DNA of 64,000 nucleotides from Camelus ferus (Eukaryota). The stretch's first letter is position 1. Each line of letters starts with the position of its first letter. The translations under genes and the position numbers were made by a program. Below the pieces are notes generated by a model that worked only from the letters and a program-made list of their open reading frames with translations, did no database searches and was not told the DNA's origin. Of the stretch, positions 40,398 to 52,469 are shown piece after piece. The stretch is taken from the NCBI RefSeq assembly GCF_009834535.1, contig NC_045698.1, positions 8,372,001-8,436,000 of the forward strand, given 5' to 3'.

Positions 40398-41085
40398 GCA
40401 GGGTTCCCATGGGTGGGACCTTGGGGACAGAGTGCCCAGGTGCAGGCAATAAGGGTGCACTTCATCTGTGGAGAATTTAATGATAATAATAAACCATCTG
40501 GAATTCACTGTGCTTTTCTTTTACATCACGTGCCAGCAACTTGGAGTAATGTCACAGATAAAATACTCCTCATCCCCTAAATTATCTTTTGGTCTAAGTT
40601 CTAAATAATGGCTGTGGTTAACTGTGTGTATTACATATAATGTAACTTCCTGCTATTAGTCAGCCCCTACAAGCTGGGGACTCAGCTGCATGGATTCATT
40701 GCAGGGGTAAGTTTGCAATGACCTAGGATTGTTTGAACTTGTTTTGGATGCAGTTTGTGTCTCCAATCCTTGTGGTCCTACAGGGTCCTGCCTTCACAGT
40801 CAAAGTCAGGCGAGTACAGTGATGATAAAAGCAAACAAACCGATCTCTGAGTTACAGTCTATGTAAGGCTCTGGCATCTGACTTGTGTTTCAAATTTAAA
40901 ACAACAAAACAGATTGCAAACCATAAGTATAATTTTGTGTGTGTCTGTGCAAATTTCAGTTCACACATGGACTATTTTACTAGTTTACAATAGTAACTTG
41001 AGAAAATTACTTGTAAATTCTTCTTCTGCTTGTGTTATTATAACTTCTTATTAAAGTGTAATGTTACTTATTACTATGAAACACC
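40398..41085 (+). mobile_element. hAT-Tip100 DNA transposon relic (Arthur1/MER69-like)
   Basis: CCCAGGTGCAGGCAATAAGGGTGCAC..TCTGTGGAGAATTTAA..AATAATAAACC...GATAAAATACTCCTC...TTGGTCTAAGTTCTAAA resembles the Arthur1 5' end. Right boundary approximate. Confidence 0.7.
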
Positions 41086-42779
41086 AAAAAGTAACATGTT
41101 TCTTTTCTAATTTTCTCCTCAAAAATGCACTCATGTAACTAGGAAATACGAAGCAATTACTAACTTCATTTTTATGTTACATTTCTTTGTTTTTCCCAGC
41201 CTGAATATATATACTAAGTACAATCAAAGAAAATTTCAGTTTCACCTTTCCTCTGATCATTATTATTCATTTGACTTCATAATTGTCATTGAAAATAACT
41301 TTTTGTCTAGAGAAGAGAAAGTTAAAAAATGAGCCCCTCCAGGTGTCAAATACACAAGGAAGCCAGTGACTGGAAGCAGCCCTTGGTTTTGTTACTTAAA
41401 TATTCAGTGCACAAAGTACAAGAGAATTCCTTAGTCTAGAGGCCAACTGTATTACTTCCGGCCGTCTTCTCCACAGTGGGAAAGGGTCGTTAATAGTTCA
41501 ATCAATAAATGGATCAATAAGAAGTGAGAACAACCCAGGTAACAGGATGCGAAAAGCGGATGCGAACACGTGACGCCAGATATGGGACGTGGATACCAGC
41601 CAGTCACTTTGTGTAATCTGTACGGCAATAAAGTAACTTATTTTCTTGCGTTAACTATCTAGAACACGTAAACAACAGTAATCGATACTTCTAACTATGG
41701 AGACAATTAAATTGTGTGAGTGGTATCCAAAAATGCCCTCGCCTTTTTTTTTAAATTCTGCTGGTTTTATAAATACATAATAACAGAGGAAATCAGTCAT
41801 GATTGCCCACCACTGCACTGCCCCTTCATGAGTAAAGTTAGACAACTGATACCTGTCACCTTTAAATCAAACTGAGGATAAATATTAAGAGATTCGCCAA
41901 ACTCATTTTAATGGATACTTCTTTCAAGTAGAGGTATGAGAGAAGTGATTTAGTTCGATGGCAAGAAACCTTCTTGTTGTAAAACCATCAAGAAGCAAAT
42001 TATTAATCTTCTCTGATATACAAACTGCAAACTATAATGACTCCTTCCACATATTTATCACATCATGGCCCCCTGGAGTAGGGCACAGGTGTCCATAACG
42101 CAAAACGATACCCCTGGAATTTTGCTCACCTTCACAGCACTTTTGAAAAGAGACACTAAAATCATTTTCTGTAGTTATTTCTGTGAAATTAAACCAAGTC
42201 TTAACCATTCTTTCTTGAGATACCTGAAGATGTCAATAATCATTGTACAGGGACTCGCTCAGTGCAATGATTAAGAAACGGTCAACAGCCCTTCCAGACA
42301 CGTCTTCTGTATTACATGTTCAATTGTAGTTTTTCTTTTCTTTTCAGAAATAGAAAAATAAAAATTTACTGTGCTTACTGATCATCTAAGTATTACCTCC
42401 TTACTATAAAATATTCAGAAAAATAATATTAGGAAGAAAATACTTACCACATCCTATGAAAATAACACAGTAAAACTTCGTATGTACCTGTACTTATCAT
42501 TTTATAAAAATTAACAGTGTTCGAATTTTTAAAAAATAGGATATAATACTATTTGTTTAGTTTCATAATCTGCTTTTGGAAAATGAAAAAGCCCTATTTT
42601 CCACAACTCTTCTTGTCCATATGCATAAATGCATAATACAGTATTTATCAATACACTATATTTTATTTCACCAGTTAGCCCTGAAGGATTTCTTGTTGTC
42701 CCTTTCTTTCCCTTCCCTCCCTTTTCTCAGTTCTCTCCCCTCCTCCCACTCTGCTTTTTTTTTTTCAAGCATGATTACA

Positions 42780-43015
42780 ATCAACTGAGCACTTACTAAG
42801 TGATGTCCCAGCTTCTGTGTTCAGAATTTTACGTCTATAATCAAAGTTCTCCTCAAAACTTTCTGAGTCATCACTACTAATGCATCCATTTTACAGATAA
42901 TGATAATTGAGAATGGGAGAGCTAGAGGAATTGCCCAAGGTCATCAGAACAGAAGAGGGCAAAGCTGAGACCCAAATCCACGGGCATCAGTTTCTACAGC
43001 CCTCCCTTAACCATT
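42780..43015 (-). mobile_element. MIR SINE relic
   Basis: CTGAGCACTTACTA...CCATTTTACAGAT...TTGCCCAAGGTCA...GCTGAGACCCAAATCC. Confidence 0.8.
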
Positions 43016-43499
43016 TCCCTGAAACAGACCCTGAAACACATATTCTTAAGTATGAGGCTCATTCGCTTGCCTGCACATTTTTCTTAGAATAAATGTCTAG
43101 CAGTGAAACTATTTATGTGCGTATTTAAAACTTGTGACACATATTTTCAGACGATCTTCAGTTCATATTGCACAAAAGATGCATGAAAATTTTTGGCATT
43201 CTACTTCCTGGGACCCAATTTTGTTTATTCAATATTTAGTAACATTTTTTTTGGTTCAGTTTATCTTTGGGGGTGTTCCGATATGCTAAGGTGAGAATAT
43301 TCTCCCCCACCTCAGGCTTCCTGAGCACCAGCAGGACAAGCCGCTGAGCCGCCTTCCCGGGGATGTCTGAGCAGAGTGAGCGTCCCTAACCTGGCTGACC
43401 TCCTACTGCAGCCAAACCTCGGGTGCAGAAGGTGCACCCTGGTCCCGGGTGCTGTCCTTCGGTGCTCACAAAGCTGGTGACACTTGGGCTCTCTTCGGC

Positions 43500-44820
43500 C
43501 CCCACGCACCTGGGGTGCTCTCCTCCTTAGAACTGACCATCTCTCTGATCTGCCTCCCGGTATCTCCTGGATGCCAGAGCAGCGCAGTGTGTGCCCAAAT
43601 CACAGCCAAGGGCATCCTCGTAAAATCAGCCTTCTCCTGTCCTGTCTTCTATTCCACTTCAGCCTTCTATTCTTCCGGCACTTCCAGTCCATTATGTCTA
43701 GTAAAATCACTCCTATACTCGTGGGCCACTCGACCCGTGGTGGCCTCCCCGCTCCCGTCACCGCTTCTGCCCGTCCAGTGATCTCTAGGGCTCCTCACTC
43801 CCGTCGCTCCTCAGATGAACTCCAGGCTGCACTAAAAACCTCCGCCAGCTTTCCTCAAGGACCTCTAACTCCTTTGTCCATTTTCCTTTTATTACTAGTC
43901 TGGCAAAACATCCAATGAGGCTGTCTGCCTTCTCCATGTCTGAGTTCCAACTCAATGATTCCTGCTGGAAAAAATAGCCCAACTGCACAGACTGCCGGTC
44001 CTGAGAAGCCACGCCGCGGGCAACCCAACCTCACCTCTCCCCCCAGCACTTCTGAGTCCCTGGTCGCCGGCCCGCTCCCCCCACTGCAGCCTGGCCTCCA
44101 CGTGAGCCCCTCTGCACGCCACACCAGCTTTCTGCTCAGCAGTGATGCTCTGACTTCACCTCCCCTGTAAGACCGAAACCATCTTCCTCTGGTTTCCAGG
44201 ACACCTCACTCTTCTGTATGCTTTTCTTCCCTTTCTAACTAGACTTTCTGGGTTTCTCTGTCTGGTCCAGAACTGCTGGGGAGCCCCAGGGAGCTGCACG
44301 AGGGCTGTGCCAACTCTTCCTTCTGTCCCTTGACAGTCTCTCCTCACGTGTTTTCCATCACTAGCTGCTTGCTTGATATCTCAGTTCTCCACATCCAGGC
44401 ACTCTTGCTCCTGATTCTGGGCCTATACGCTGTTATTTGCCTACTTCCTTAAAAGTCCAGGTTTCTGTCTTCACTACCTGGATAAAATATAGCTGTGTTC
44501 ACAAACAGACCCAGGAAGAGGAGCTGGCATGCTTGGCTGCATCTTCCTTAACCTTCAGATCTTAGCTCAGATACTGTTTTCTCTGGGAAATCTTCTGTAA
44601 GCGCTAAATCTGAATTGATCATCCTCCAGCACCCTGAACTTCTATCATAGCACGTAGCACCCTGCATTATCATTTCTTACGATTTGTTTGTCTCTCGCAG
44701 TTAACTGTAAACTGGCTCCAGGAGGGCAGAGAAAGCACTGACTGCTTTCCACACGGTATTTGCAACACTACACAGTGCACGCAGCAGGTGCTATCACTGA
44801 GATGCACTGAACTGGGTGGA
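43500..44820 (+). mobile_element. long degraded LINE-2
   Basis: Pyrimidine-rich L2 body. Clear L2 3' end: CCTTCAGATCTTAGCTCAGA...ACTGTAAACTGGCTCCAGGAGGGCAGAGA...ACAGTGCACGCAGCAGGTGCT. Left boundary uncertain. Confidence 0.6.
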
Positions 44821-45274
44821 ATCAGACTCTGCCTGGGTTTTTCTCTCCATACACAGGCCACCAAGGCTGGCAGTTTTGTCCTGCCCTGGGAATCACCATG
44901 CCTCAGCTGTCACCTTGTAGGGATGGCTGCACAAACATCTTTCTCAAAAGTGCCTTTCTCCAAGCTTATCGGTTCTTGCTAATTGATGCCAATGAAGCCA
45001 CTGACCCATTCATTTTTGAGAAGAGGGATCTGCAGACCCACCTGGGTTCAGCTTTACACCTTGCTACACTTTGGAATGATTATTTCTCCCAAGTTTATTT
45101 AGATTTATTTAGCATATTGAAATCTTTAATGAACCTGGAATTTCTTTCCCTAGAAAGTAAACATATATATATATATATTCCCAGGGGGTTAGTTACCCTG
45201 GCACTATGTATCGAATTCTTTCAATATTCTCCCACGATCTAAAGTTTCAACTCTACCACATAGTAAAATCTCCT

Positions 45275-45490
45275 GGTGTGGTGGAGAAGGCTGCGGACTC
45301 CACTGCCAGCTGCCCAGATCCAGCACCCTCACTAGACTTGGGGCAGCTCACTTACCCTCCCTGAGCCTCTGTAATTCGGGGGTAACAACAGTCACTCTCT
45401 TTCAGTGTTGTGGTTAATTTACATGTAAAATGCTCCAGGGAGTACTGGTACAGGGCAGATCTTACTGGGGTACTGCACATTATCACTGTC
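45275..45490 (+). mobile_element. MIR SINE relic
   Basis: GTGTGGTGG...ACTTGGGGCAGCTCACTTACCCTCCCTGAGCCTC...CATGTAAAATGCT. Confidence 0.75.
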
Positions 45491-45704
45491 ATCTGTTTAG
45501 AAGCTTTATCTTCAGCTCTGATCACCTTCTTATGGTTGAGCCGGTGCCACCACATTCTCCCTGCTGAAGAAGAACACATTCTCTCGTCTAGAACAATCCC
45601 CCTGAGTCATCACCCCTCTCCCTCCTTTCCTTTAGTTAAAAAAAATTACTTTTCCACTCCGGCACAATTATTTATTTAGTAAAACACTTTTCCCCCAAAG
45701 ACAT

Positions 45705-45910
45705 TAATAACAGCCAACTATTACTTGTGAATTGCTTTCCCTGGATCAGGCACTGGGTCAGAGGCTTTACTGACATGGATAATCAAGCTTAATCACATGA
45801 GGAACACTTCGTTGTTATTTCTACTTTACAGATTAGGAGAATAAAGATTAGAACCATTAAAGAAGGAGCCCCTGATTCTAGAACTCATACCCTATATAAC
45901 CACCATGCTC
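45705..45910 (-). mobile_element. MIR SINE relic
   Basis: AATAACAGCCAACTATTACT...CAGGCACTGG...CTACTTTACAGATTAGGAGA...TAACCACCATGCT. Confidence 0.6.
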
Positions 45911-45929
45911 CTCTTTCATTATAAAACCT

Positions 45930-46770
45930 CTTGAGATTGGGCTCAGATTTGGATGAAATCTACAGATTAATTTGGGGAAGACTGACAGTACTGAACGCTA
46001 AGTCTTCCTATCCAGTGTTATGATTATTCTTTATTCAATTGTTTATTTATATTCTTCATTAAAGTTTTATATTGTTAATATAAGTAATCTTTACAGAGTA
46101 TGGACCACCTTGTAGGCACTGTTTAAATGCTTTACAAATACTAACTAATTGCATTCTCACCATGACCCTATGGCATTGGCATTATCATTATTTCCATTTT
46201 GCAGATAGGGATCCAAGGCAGTTCGATGGTTTTTCATATTAAACGACTTCATATCACATAGCCAATGAGTGACAAAGCTGGTATTTTTATCATGCTGTCT
46301 TGGCTCCAGAACTCATAATTCTGGTTACCAAGCTCTCAAATTTACCTCTCAGATCATGGATAAAGTATATTTCTACCTGTTGATATACTGTTGATGCTTA
46401 CGAGTGAAAACTGTTATTTTACTTTTATCTTGTTACTACTAGTCTCCAGGAAAGCACTGGTTTGTGTATATTATCTTGCTAACTTGTTGGAAAGTTACAT
46501 TTCAGTCATTTAATATTTGCCTACCTTGGTTTATTTAGGGAGGTCATTAAAATAAAGCTGGGTTTTGTTTCTCAACATTCAGCTTGTATCATTTTATATT
46601 CCTTTTAAAAATTGTTTTGCTTAGCGCTTCCCCCAAAATTTTAAATAGATTTTGCATTAGACATCTTTTTCTTATATTCCACTTTAGCAGTAATGCCTCT
46701 AGTTTTTTACTTGTAAAAGAACTACTTTTTTTTTAAGATGGGTGCTGTCTAACCTATTAAAAACGATGGA
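45930..46770 (-). mobile_element. degraded old LINE-1 ORF2 fragment with an intervening MIR (about 46075-46335)
   Basis: AATCTACAGATTAATTTGGGGAAGACTGACA..AGTCTTCCTATCC is antisense L1 ORF2. The MIR core CCATTTTGCAGATAGGGA lies inside it. Confidence 0.6.
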
Positions 46771-48713
46771 CACTGAGAGTCCTACATTCAGTCAGTTAGT
46801 GACTATCATTTCCTGTATCTTTCATTATTAAAGGGTACCAAGGCAGAATAGGGCTGTACATCCTGCAGAACAGGGCTGTACATTCAACTGAGAAGAAAGC
46901 TACGTATCACCCAGGAGAGCTCTGCTTTCCATAATATCGATAGGTAGCAATTGGTATTTGCAAATAAAGAGGGGAGGCGAGAGGAGAAATTTAGTACTCC
47001 AATTCATGTCATGATTAATCCTTTCAAGTCTACTTAAAATCATTCTATAATAGATCATATTAATAGGTAACTTTAAAGGAAAACATTGATTATTCAGCTC
47101 AAGGTTATGTATTTTGGGTTGAGAGAAATCACAACCCAAATGGCAGAAAGCTTTGCTTGCATCGAATGATAGTTTTCATTCAGGGCGTAGGAATCACACA
47201 GGATCGATCCACACGCGTGAGCAGCAGCCTAAGTACCTCTCGCCTATTTCGTGTGTGGTTACCCAGGAAGTACACACCACACACACTTCTGGTTTCAGTA
47301 ACTGAAAAGGCTGCTAATGGGGCTCCAGGGTTGCCAAGTTTCTCGTGGCTTTTTTTTTTCTTTCAATGATGACACATTCATTTCATTTTTAATTTGGAAG
47401 GTACCAAGTTGACGATCTTTGACTGACTCATGTAACAAAATTGTAAAGGTTGTACTGCAGCAGGTTACTCTTCGACTCTTTTATTCTTTGGTTAAAAATT
47501 AAGCATTTTAGCCTTAAAGTAGCTCTGAATAATTTCATTCCAAGCCTTTTTCAGGATTTTGGAATTTAGATACAGTTACACACACTGTGAACACCTGTAA
47601 ATCGGCACAACACTATGAACGGAAGTCAAAGAAGACAGACACATCAAGCGAGACGAATCTGGACCTTTTAAATCTATATTTACGTATGCTTTTTTCAGTT
47701 TTAATTCATGCACACCTTATGCAGAAATATAGCCAATAAGTGGCTTTAGGTCTGCTCGTCCCATAATTCTGTTTGCAATGTCACCCTTTGCAGTGGGCTT
47801 ACAAAACTCTCAATTAGGTCAGAGCAGTGAGGGTCTCGAGAGATCTTCCGCTGAAGCTTGCTCTATAAAACCTTTGCCTCGGACCATCCCTACGTCTCTG
47901 CCTCTGTGCTTTCTGCTGGGCACTGCCAGAGAGGAATGACGTACTAACGTGGGCTAGAGCCACTGCTCACCCCATTTTGGTCCTCAGAGTATGGGCTGAA
48001 GGTTCTCTGCGTCCTGGATTTTCTGTCCCAATCACCGCAGAGGTTATTCCAAACCTAAAAAATGCTGTCACCGCCAATGAACCCACCAGCTCTCCAACTC
48101 AACACATAACGTTGGCTCCCACTGACCCATGAACAATAGAAACCTAGAGATAGGAGAGCCTTCAGCCTCTCTGCCCCTACACAGATAAGCTTTAAAGCAG
48201 AAACCTCCCCCATAAGATCAACAGTTGATGTCTTTGACTTTAGCTGCAGAAGCTCAGTAAGAGTGACAAAAAAAAAGTGAACGATAAAATTGCACATTCA
48301 AACAATCCTGAGATGCACGCTTTTCACATTTTAACGTCTCTGAATCAGAATACACCTCATAGCCAGTAGCTGCTAACCATCACTTTCAGCCAGATGGTGG
48401 CCATGGCACAGTTCTCCAGTCCTGCACATGTGGGAACTCGGCCTTGTGTTTCATTCAAAAAACTCTTGAAGGACTTTGAGCAACAATTATCTGTTCTAAC
48501 TGTCACTGAAAACCTGCGACTGACATATTCCGGTGAGATCAAGAAAAACAAAACTTGCAGAATGTGTCACAACATCTGGAAAGACAATCACAGGGGCAAC
48601 TGTGAAAGACTCCTTAAAAACGTTCTGTACTCTTGCCCCTTTTAATGTCACTGAGGATGGCACTGCATGGAAAACTAAGATGCTGATGACAGAGCATCAA
48701 AAGTGAATCAAAA

Positions 48714-49321
48714 CCTTTTGGCTGGAACTGCCATCTTCCAGAAAGTCTCCAAAATGTCCAACACAAAGGGAAAAAGGAGAGGTACCCACTGTATGTTCCC
48801 TAGGCCTTTGAGAAAACATGGAATTGTTCCTTTGGCGATCTGCAAGAAAGCTGATACTGTAGACATCAAGAGAATGGGCATTGTTCAGAAGGCATTGCCC
48901 CCCAATGTTACCATGGCAACACTGGAGGAGTCTACATTGGTACCCAGTATGCTGTTGGCACTGTTGTAAACAAACAAAGGTAAGATTCTTGCCAAGAGAA
49001 TTAATGTGAGTACTGAGCACATTAAGCACTCTAAGAGCTGAGACAGCTTCCTGAAACATGTGACCAGAAAAAGAAGTAAGACAAAGGGACTTGGGTTCAA
49101 CTGAAGCACGAGTCTGCTCCACCCAGAGAAGCCCACTTCGTGAGAACCAACGGGAGGAGCCTGAGCTGGTGGAAGCCATTCCCTACAAATTCATGGCGTG
49201 ATAGGCACAAAGAAAATAAAGGACCTGGACTGTACAAATGTTTCTCCTGATTGACTGGAAATGTGATGTCCCCTCCCTCAAAGAAACATTTAAAGCAAAT
49301 TTTAATTGTGTCCTTAAGAAA
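48714..49321 (+). pseudogene. RPL21: RPL21 (60S ribosomal protein eL21) processed pseudogene
   Basis: Intronless. 5'UTR CCTTTTGGCTGGAACTGCCATCTTCCAG; ATG at 48754 gives [28 protein letters not shown]. Later segments correspond to NKQ..GKILAKRINV..EHIKHSKS and ..PYKFMA, with TGA at 49199-49201. The coding span is 448 nt against 483 nt for a 160-aa RPL21, with frameshifts. Also has 3'UTR, A tract and a degenerate 15-bp TSD (48699-48713 / 49322-49336, 12/15 identical). Confidence 0.97.
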
Positions 49322-49524
49322 AAAAATGAATTACAAGAGAAAGACTACGGAAAACTTTTGGGACTACTCAACCAACTTATTGAACTTGTATTCTTGTTTT
49401 TAAGAACGTACGATAATTAATAACAAAAAAATCTACCCCTGGATGAATCCAAGAGCTTTTCCAATAGGAATAAACAAAATGTTAAGTTACAAAAAAGCTT
49501 TATGTCCCAGTTTTTGCACCCTAA

Positions 49525-49670
49525 TTTTCTTTCTCTTTCTCTGTCTCTCTTCCTTCCTTCCCTCCCCCACCCCTCCCTCCCTCTCTGCCTCCCCCTTTCC
49601 CTTCTTTTACTCTGCTGTTTCTTTTTCCTCCCTTCTTTTTCTTCCTTTCATCCCCTTTTCCTTGCTCTCT
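49525..49670. repeat. CT-rich low-complexity tract
   Basis: Nearly pure pyrimidine run on the plus strand. Confidence 0.85.
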
Positions 49671-51443
49671 TAGTAGTATATAAAATAATGGTGCATCTTA
49701 ACTTTAAAGTGTCTCAGATGTTAGGAAATTTGGCAATACTTTAATAATGCTAGAGATCTGACAATTAGTCACGCAATTAGTGACAATGAATTTAAGGACT
49801 GATAATACAAAAAGCAATTTTCTGATTAATACGTGTTTTTACAAGTACATTTTAAATGGCACACTCACCAAAATGTATTTAAAAGTATTTTTGATAACCC
49901 TATTGAACATAAAATTCAAGCATTCATGAACGTGATGCTTTACATTTTAAATGCCATGCATACCTAGGTTGCTTTTTATCAGCTCTGCGACTTTTGCCAC
50001 ACAGATGTTTACAACATTTAAAGTAGATGAAAATCTTCTCAAAATCATCATCCCAGAGAATGTGGTTTAATTTTATTTTTAAGTCCAATTTTTCTTTTTC
50101 ACAGAATTACTGCATTCAGCTTTTTATTTGCTAGTTAACATGACAAACGTATTCTAAATGTCTACATCCACAAGTTAGAGTAAACATTCTCTTCAAGTTT
50201 TATGAAGAAGGTGAAACTGGTGTTACGTCTTTTTCACCAAATGAGAAAAACACATATTTCCTGAAAACATCCTGTATGTGTATGTGTGAGTGTTCATAGT
50301 GAGACACGTCTTCACTGCATGAGCTTCGCTCAACAAACCTTCCAGATAACAAAGAATATAATCACTGCAAGCAGAGGTCAAGAGCAAGAGCAAAAAGAAG
50401 AAAGAAAGAAACAGGCTTTAAGCAGAGACTGGCGGAACATCAGGCGCTTCGCAGCAGCTCGATGATGGCGGTGCACTCGGGTCGGTCTGCTGTCCTAGCG
50501 TGGATCAGAGGGAGTCAAGTCAAATTACCCACAACCAACAAATAAACAGCACCCATTACTACAAAGCTCTTGCTTCCTGTCTCCCGATGCTCTTCTGAAC
50601 TGCTGTGTTCAGGGGGAAACTCACTAAACCGAAAAAAACCTGACATCCCTCATCTTTGTCAAGGCCCTAAAAACATTACAGTCAACGTCTTGAAGCCACT
50701 CAAGCCCTCTGGCTCTGCGCACTCGGCTCTCCGCAAATGGCGGCTGCTTGCTGATGGGAGCAAGTGACAAATGAGTGCATTAAAAATTTACACGGCGCTG
50801 TATGAATACGTTTCCTGGCAATTAGCATTATTGGCTGTTAAAGTGTGTTTTGGCAAGAGGTACGGAACTTAAAATTTTCTAAATTGTGTAAGTTCTGCAT
50901 AATAAAACCAAGTCACGGTTTCATTTAATTTACAGAAAATAAGTGAAAAGAATTTAGAGAGTAAATATTATCATTAAGTGTTGAGCCTAACTAGACAGCA
51001 TCGAAGTATCATTTCACATTTTCATAAAAGTTTAAAAAACTCATCTTGGTAGATTGTGCACAATTGGTAGGCCATTTCTTTGCAAACATTCTTAATATAG
51101 TACACGCTCTTAGAATGGATCATTAATTCCTGCAGAAGAATACGCTTAGAAGTGGAACCTAGAGATCCAGGCGGAATTCGTGCATGAAGCTAGCACATTA
51201 CAGCATCCCAGTCTTAGCAGGTCCACTAAGGCAAGAGCACCAGCCCGCAAGCGGCCCTACAGCTACAGCCGGAACAGGGAACGTGGGAATGAGGCCTCGG
51301 GATGCCTGGCGGCGGACTCTCTCTGCGCAGGTGCAACGGACCCTCTAAAATATCAAGCTTAGGACATGTGACGCCCAAACACAGCTGTGATCGAGGCCAT
51401 CACTTCCTGAATTGAGCGTGATGTTTTCGTGCTTTTTCATCCT

Positions 51444-51469
51444 TCTCTCTCTCTCTCTCTCTCTCTCTC
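51444..51469. repeat. (TC)13 microsatellite
   Basis: Directly visible. Confidence 0.95.
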
Positions 51470-52469
51470 GGATGTTTGTTTCTTCTCACTGTCACTCTGA
51501 AATAGCGGCTGCCTGACTCCATCAGTTTGACTCTGCGCTGCCGTTTCCTCTCTCATCCTAGGGTTCAGTCTCACTAGAATCGAACTAAATTGTTCAGCTC
51601 CGTAAGTGCATCATATTCTGTTTTCTTTGGGGGCTTTTTCACATGTCCCTCTCTTGCCAGAAACACTGCTCTTGCAGATATTAGCTTGAGTCATATGTAA
51701 TTGCCATTTCTGTAGGTCAAAAATAGTGGAATCTCAGCAATACTGTAAGGTTGTAAGGTTCACTCTAATATTCTTCCTTCAAGTCTCAATTTAATCATCC
51801 TTCCCTCCAGGGCATTTCCCTAGTCTTCTTCTTTTAACCTTATAGAGCATTATGTACATGTCTAAATTTTTGTAATTCTTTATTCAGTTGTTTGGCTGGA
51901 GCATTAACTGTGTGATTCTTGAAGTCATAAGCCATATTTTATTGGACATCATTGTTATCCTTAATGCCTAGGAATGTTTTATTGAGTGCAGTAGGTAATA
52001 CTTTCGTTTTTGTAAAATAAATGTTGAGGATTAAATGCTATTAAGAGCTTCATTCAGTGAACAAGATCATTCAAAGTAAAAATAGCCTTGAAGATCAAGC
52101 CAGTATCTTCTTAGATTCAAAAACACTCAGCCCCCGACGTCTAGTTCAATCATTTCTTCTTGAATGAACAGCTGTATTATCTGCCTTTGGCAGTTACATT
52201 TCTGTTTGCTGAGATATCACTGACACAAATAACTGTGAGCAACAATAATCTCTGGGAGCTGCTACAGGAATGCACACACCTATATCCAGCATAATTCCCA
52301 GAAAAAAACATCTGAAATGGGCTTGGAACACTGGTAGTATTTAAATGGAAGAAAATAAATTGGAAAGAATGTTAAAAGTCAGAAAAGAGGGAGTTCAGAG
52401 GCATTTTTTCTCATTCCTTTGTTTTTTCCAGGTCAGACTGGATTTCTTAAAGTAGTTATTCATCTTTTT

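Noticed and set aside
41477..41538. 62-nt plus-strand exon candidate (CTCCACAG ... CAG|GTAACA)
   Set aside because: Donor is moderate, no peptide is recognised, and the sequence is better explained by the TF-motif cluster; not listed as a feature.
43312..44347. GC-rich stretch with many overlapping ORFs up to 144 aa
   Set aside because: Low-complexity Ser/Pro/Leu translations, no domain, and contiguous with an L2 3' end.
45345..45360. Strong minus-strand donor (AGG|GTAAGT)
   Set aside because: Lies within a MIR core, with no matching acceptor evident.
46843..46886. 22-bp tandem duplication
   Set aside because: Ordinary local slippage duplication with two copies and no spacers. Neither this nor the repeats at 926 and 63092 are CRISPR-like.
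48697..49179. 160-aa minus-strand ORF, the longest in the track
   Set aside because: It is the antisense shadow of the RPL21 pseudogene; the match to RPL21 length is coincidental.
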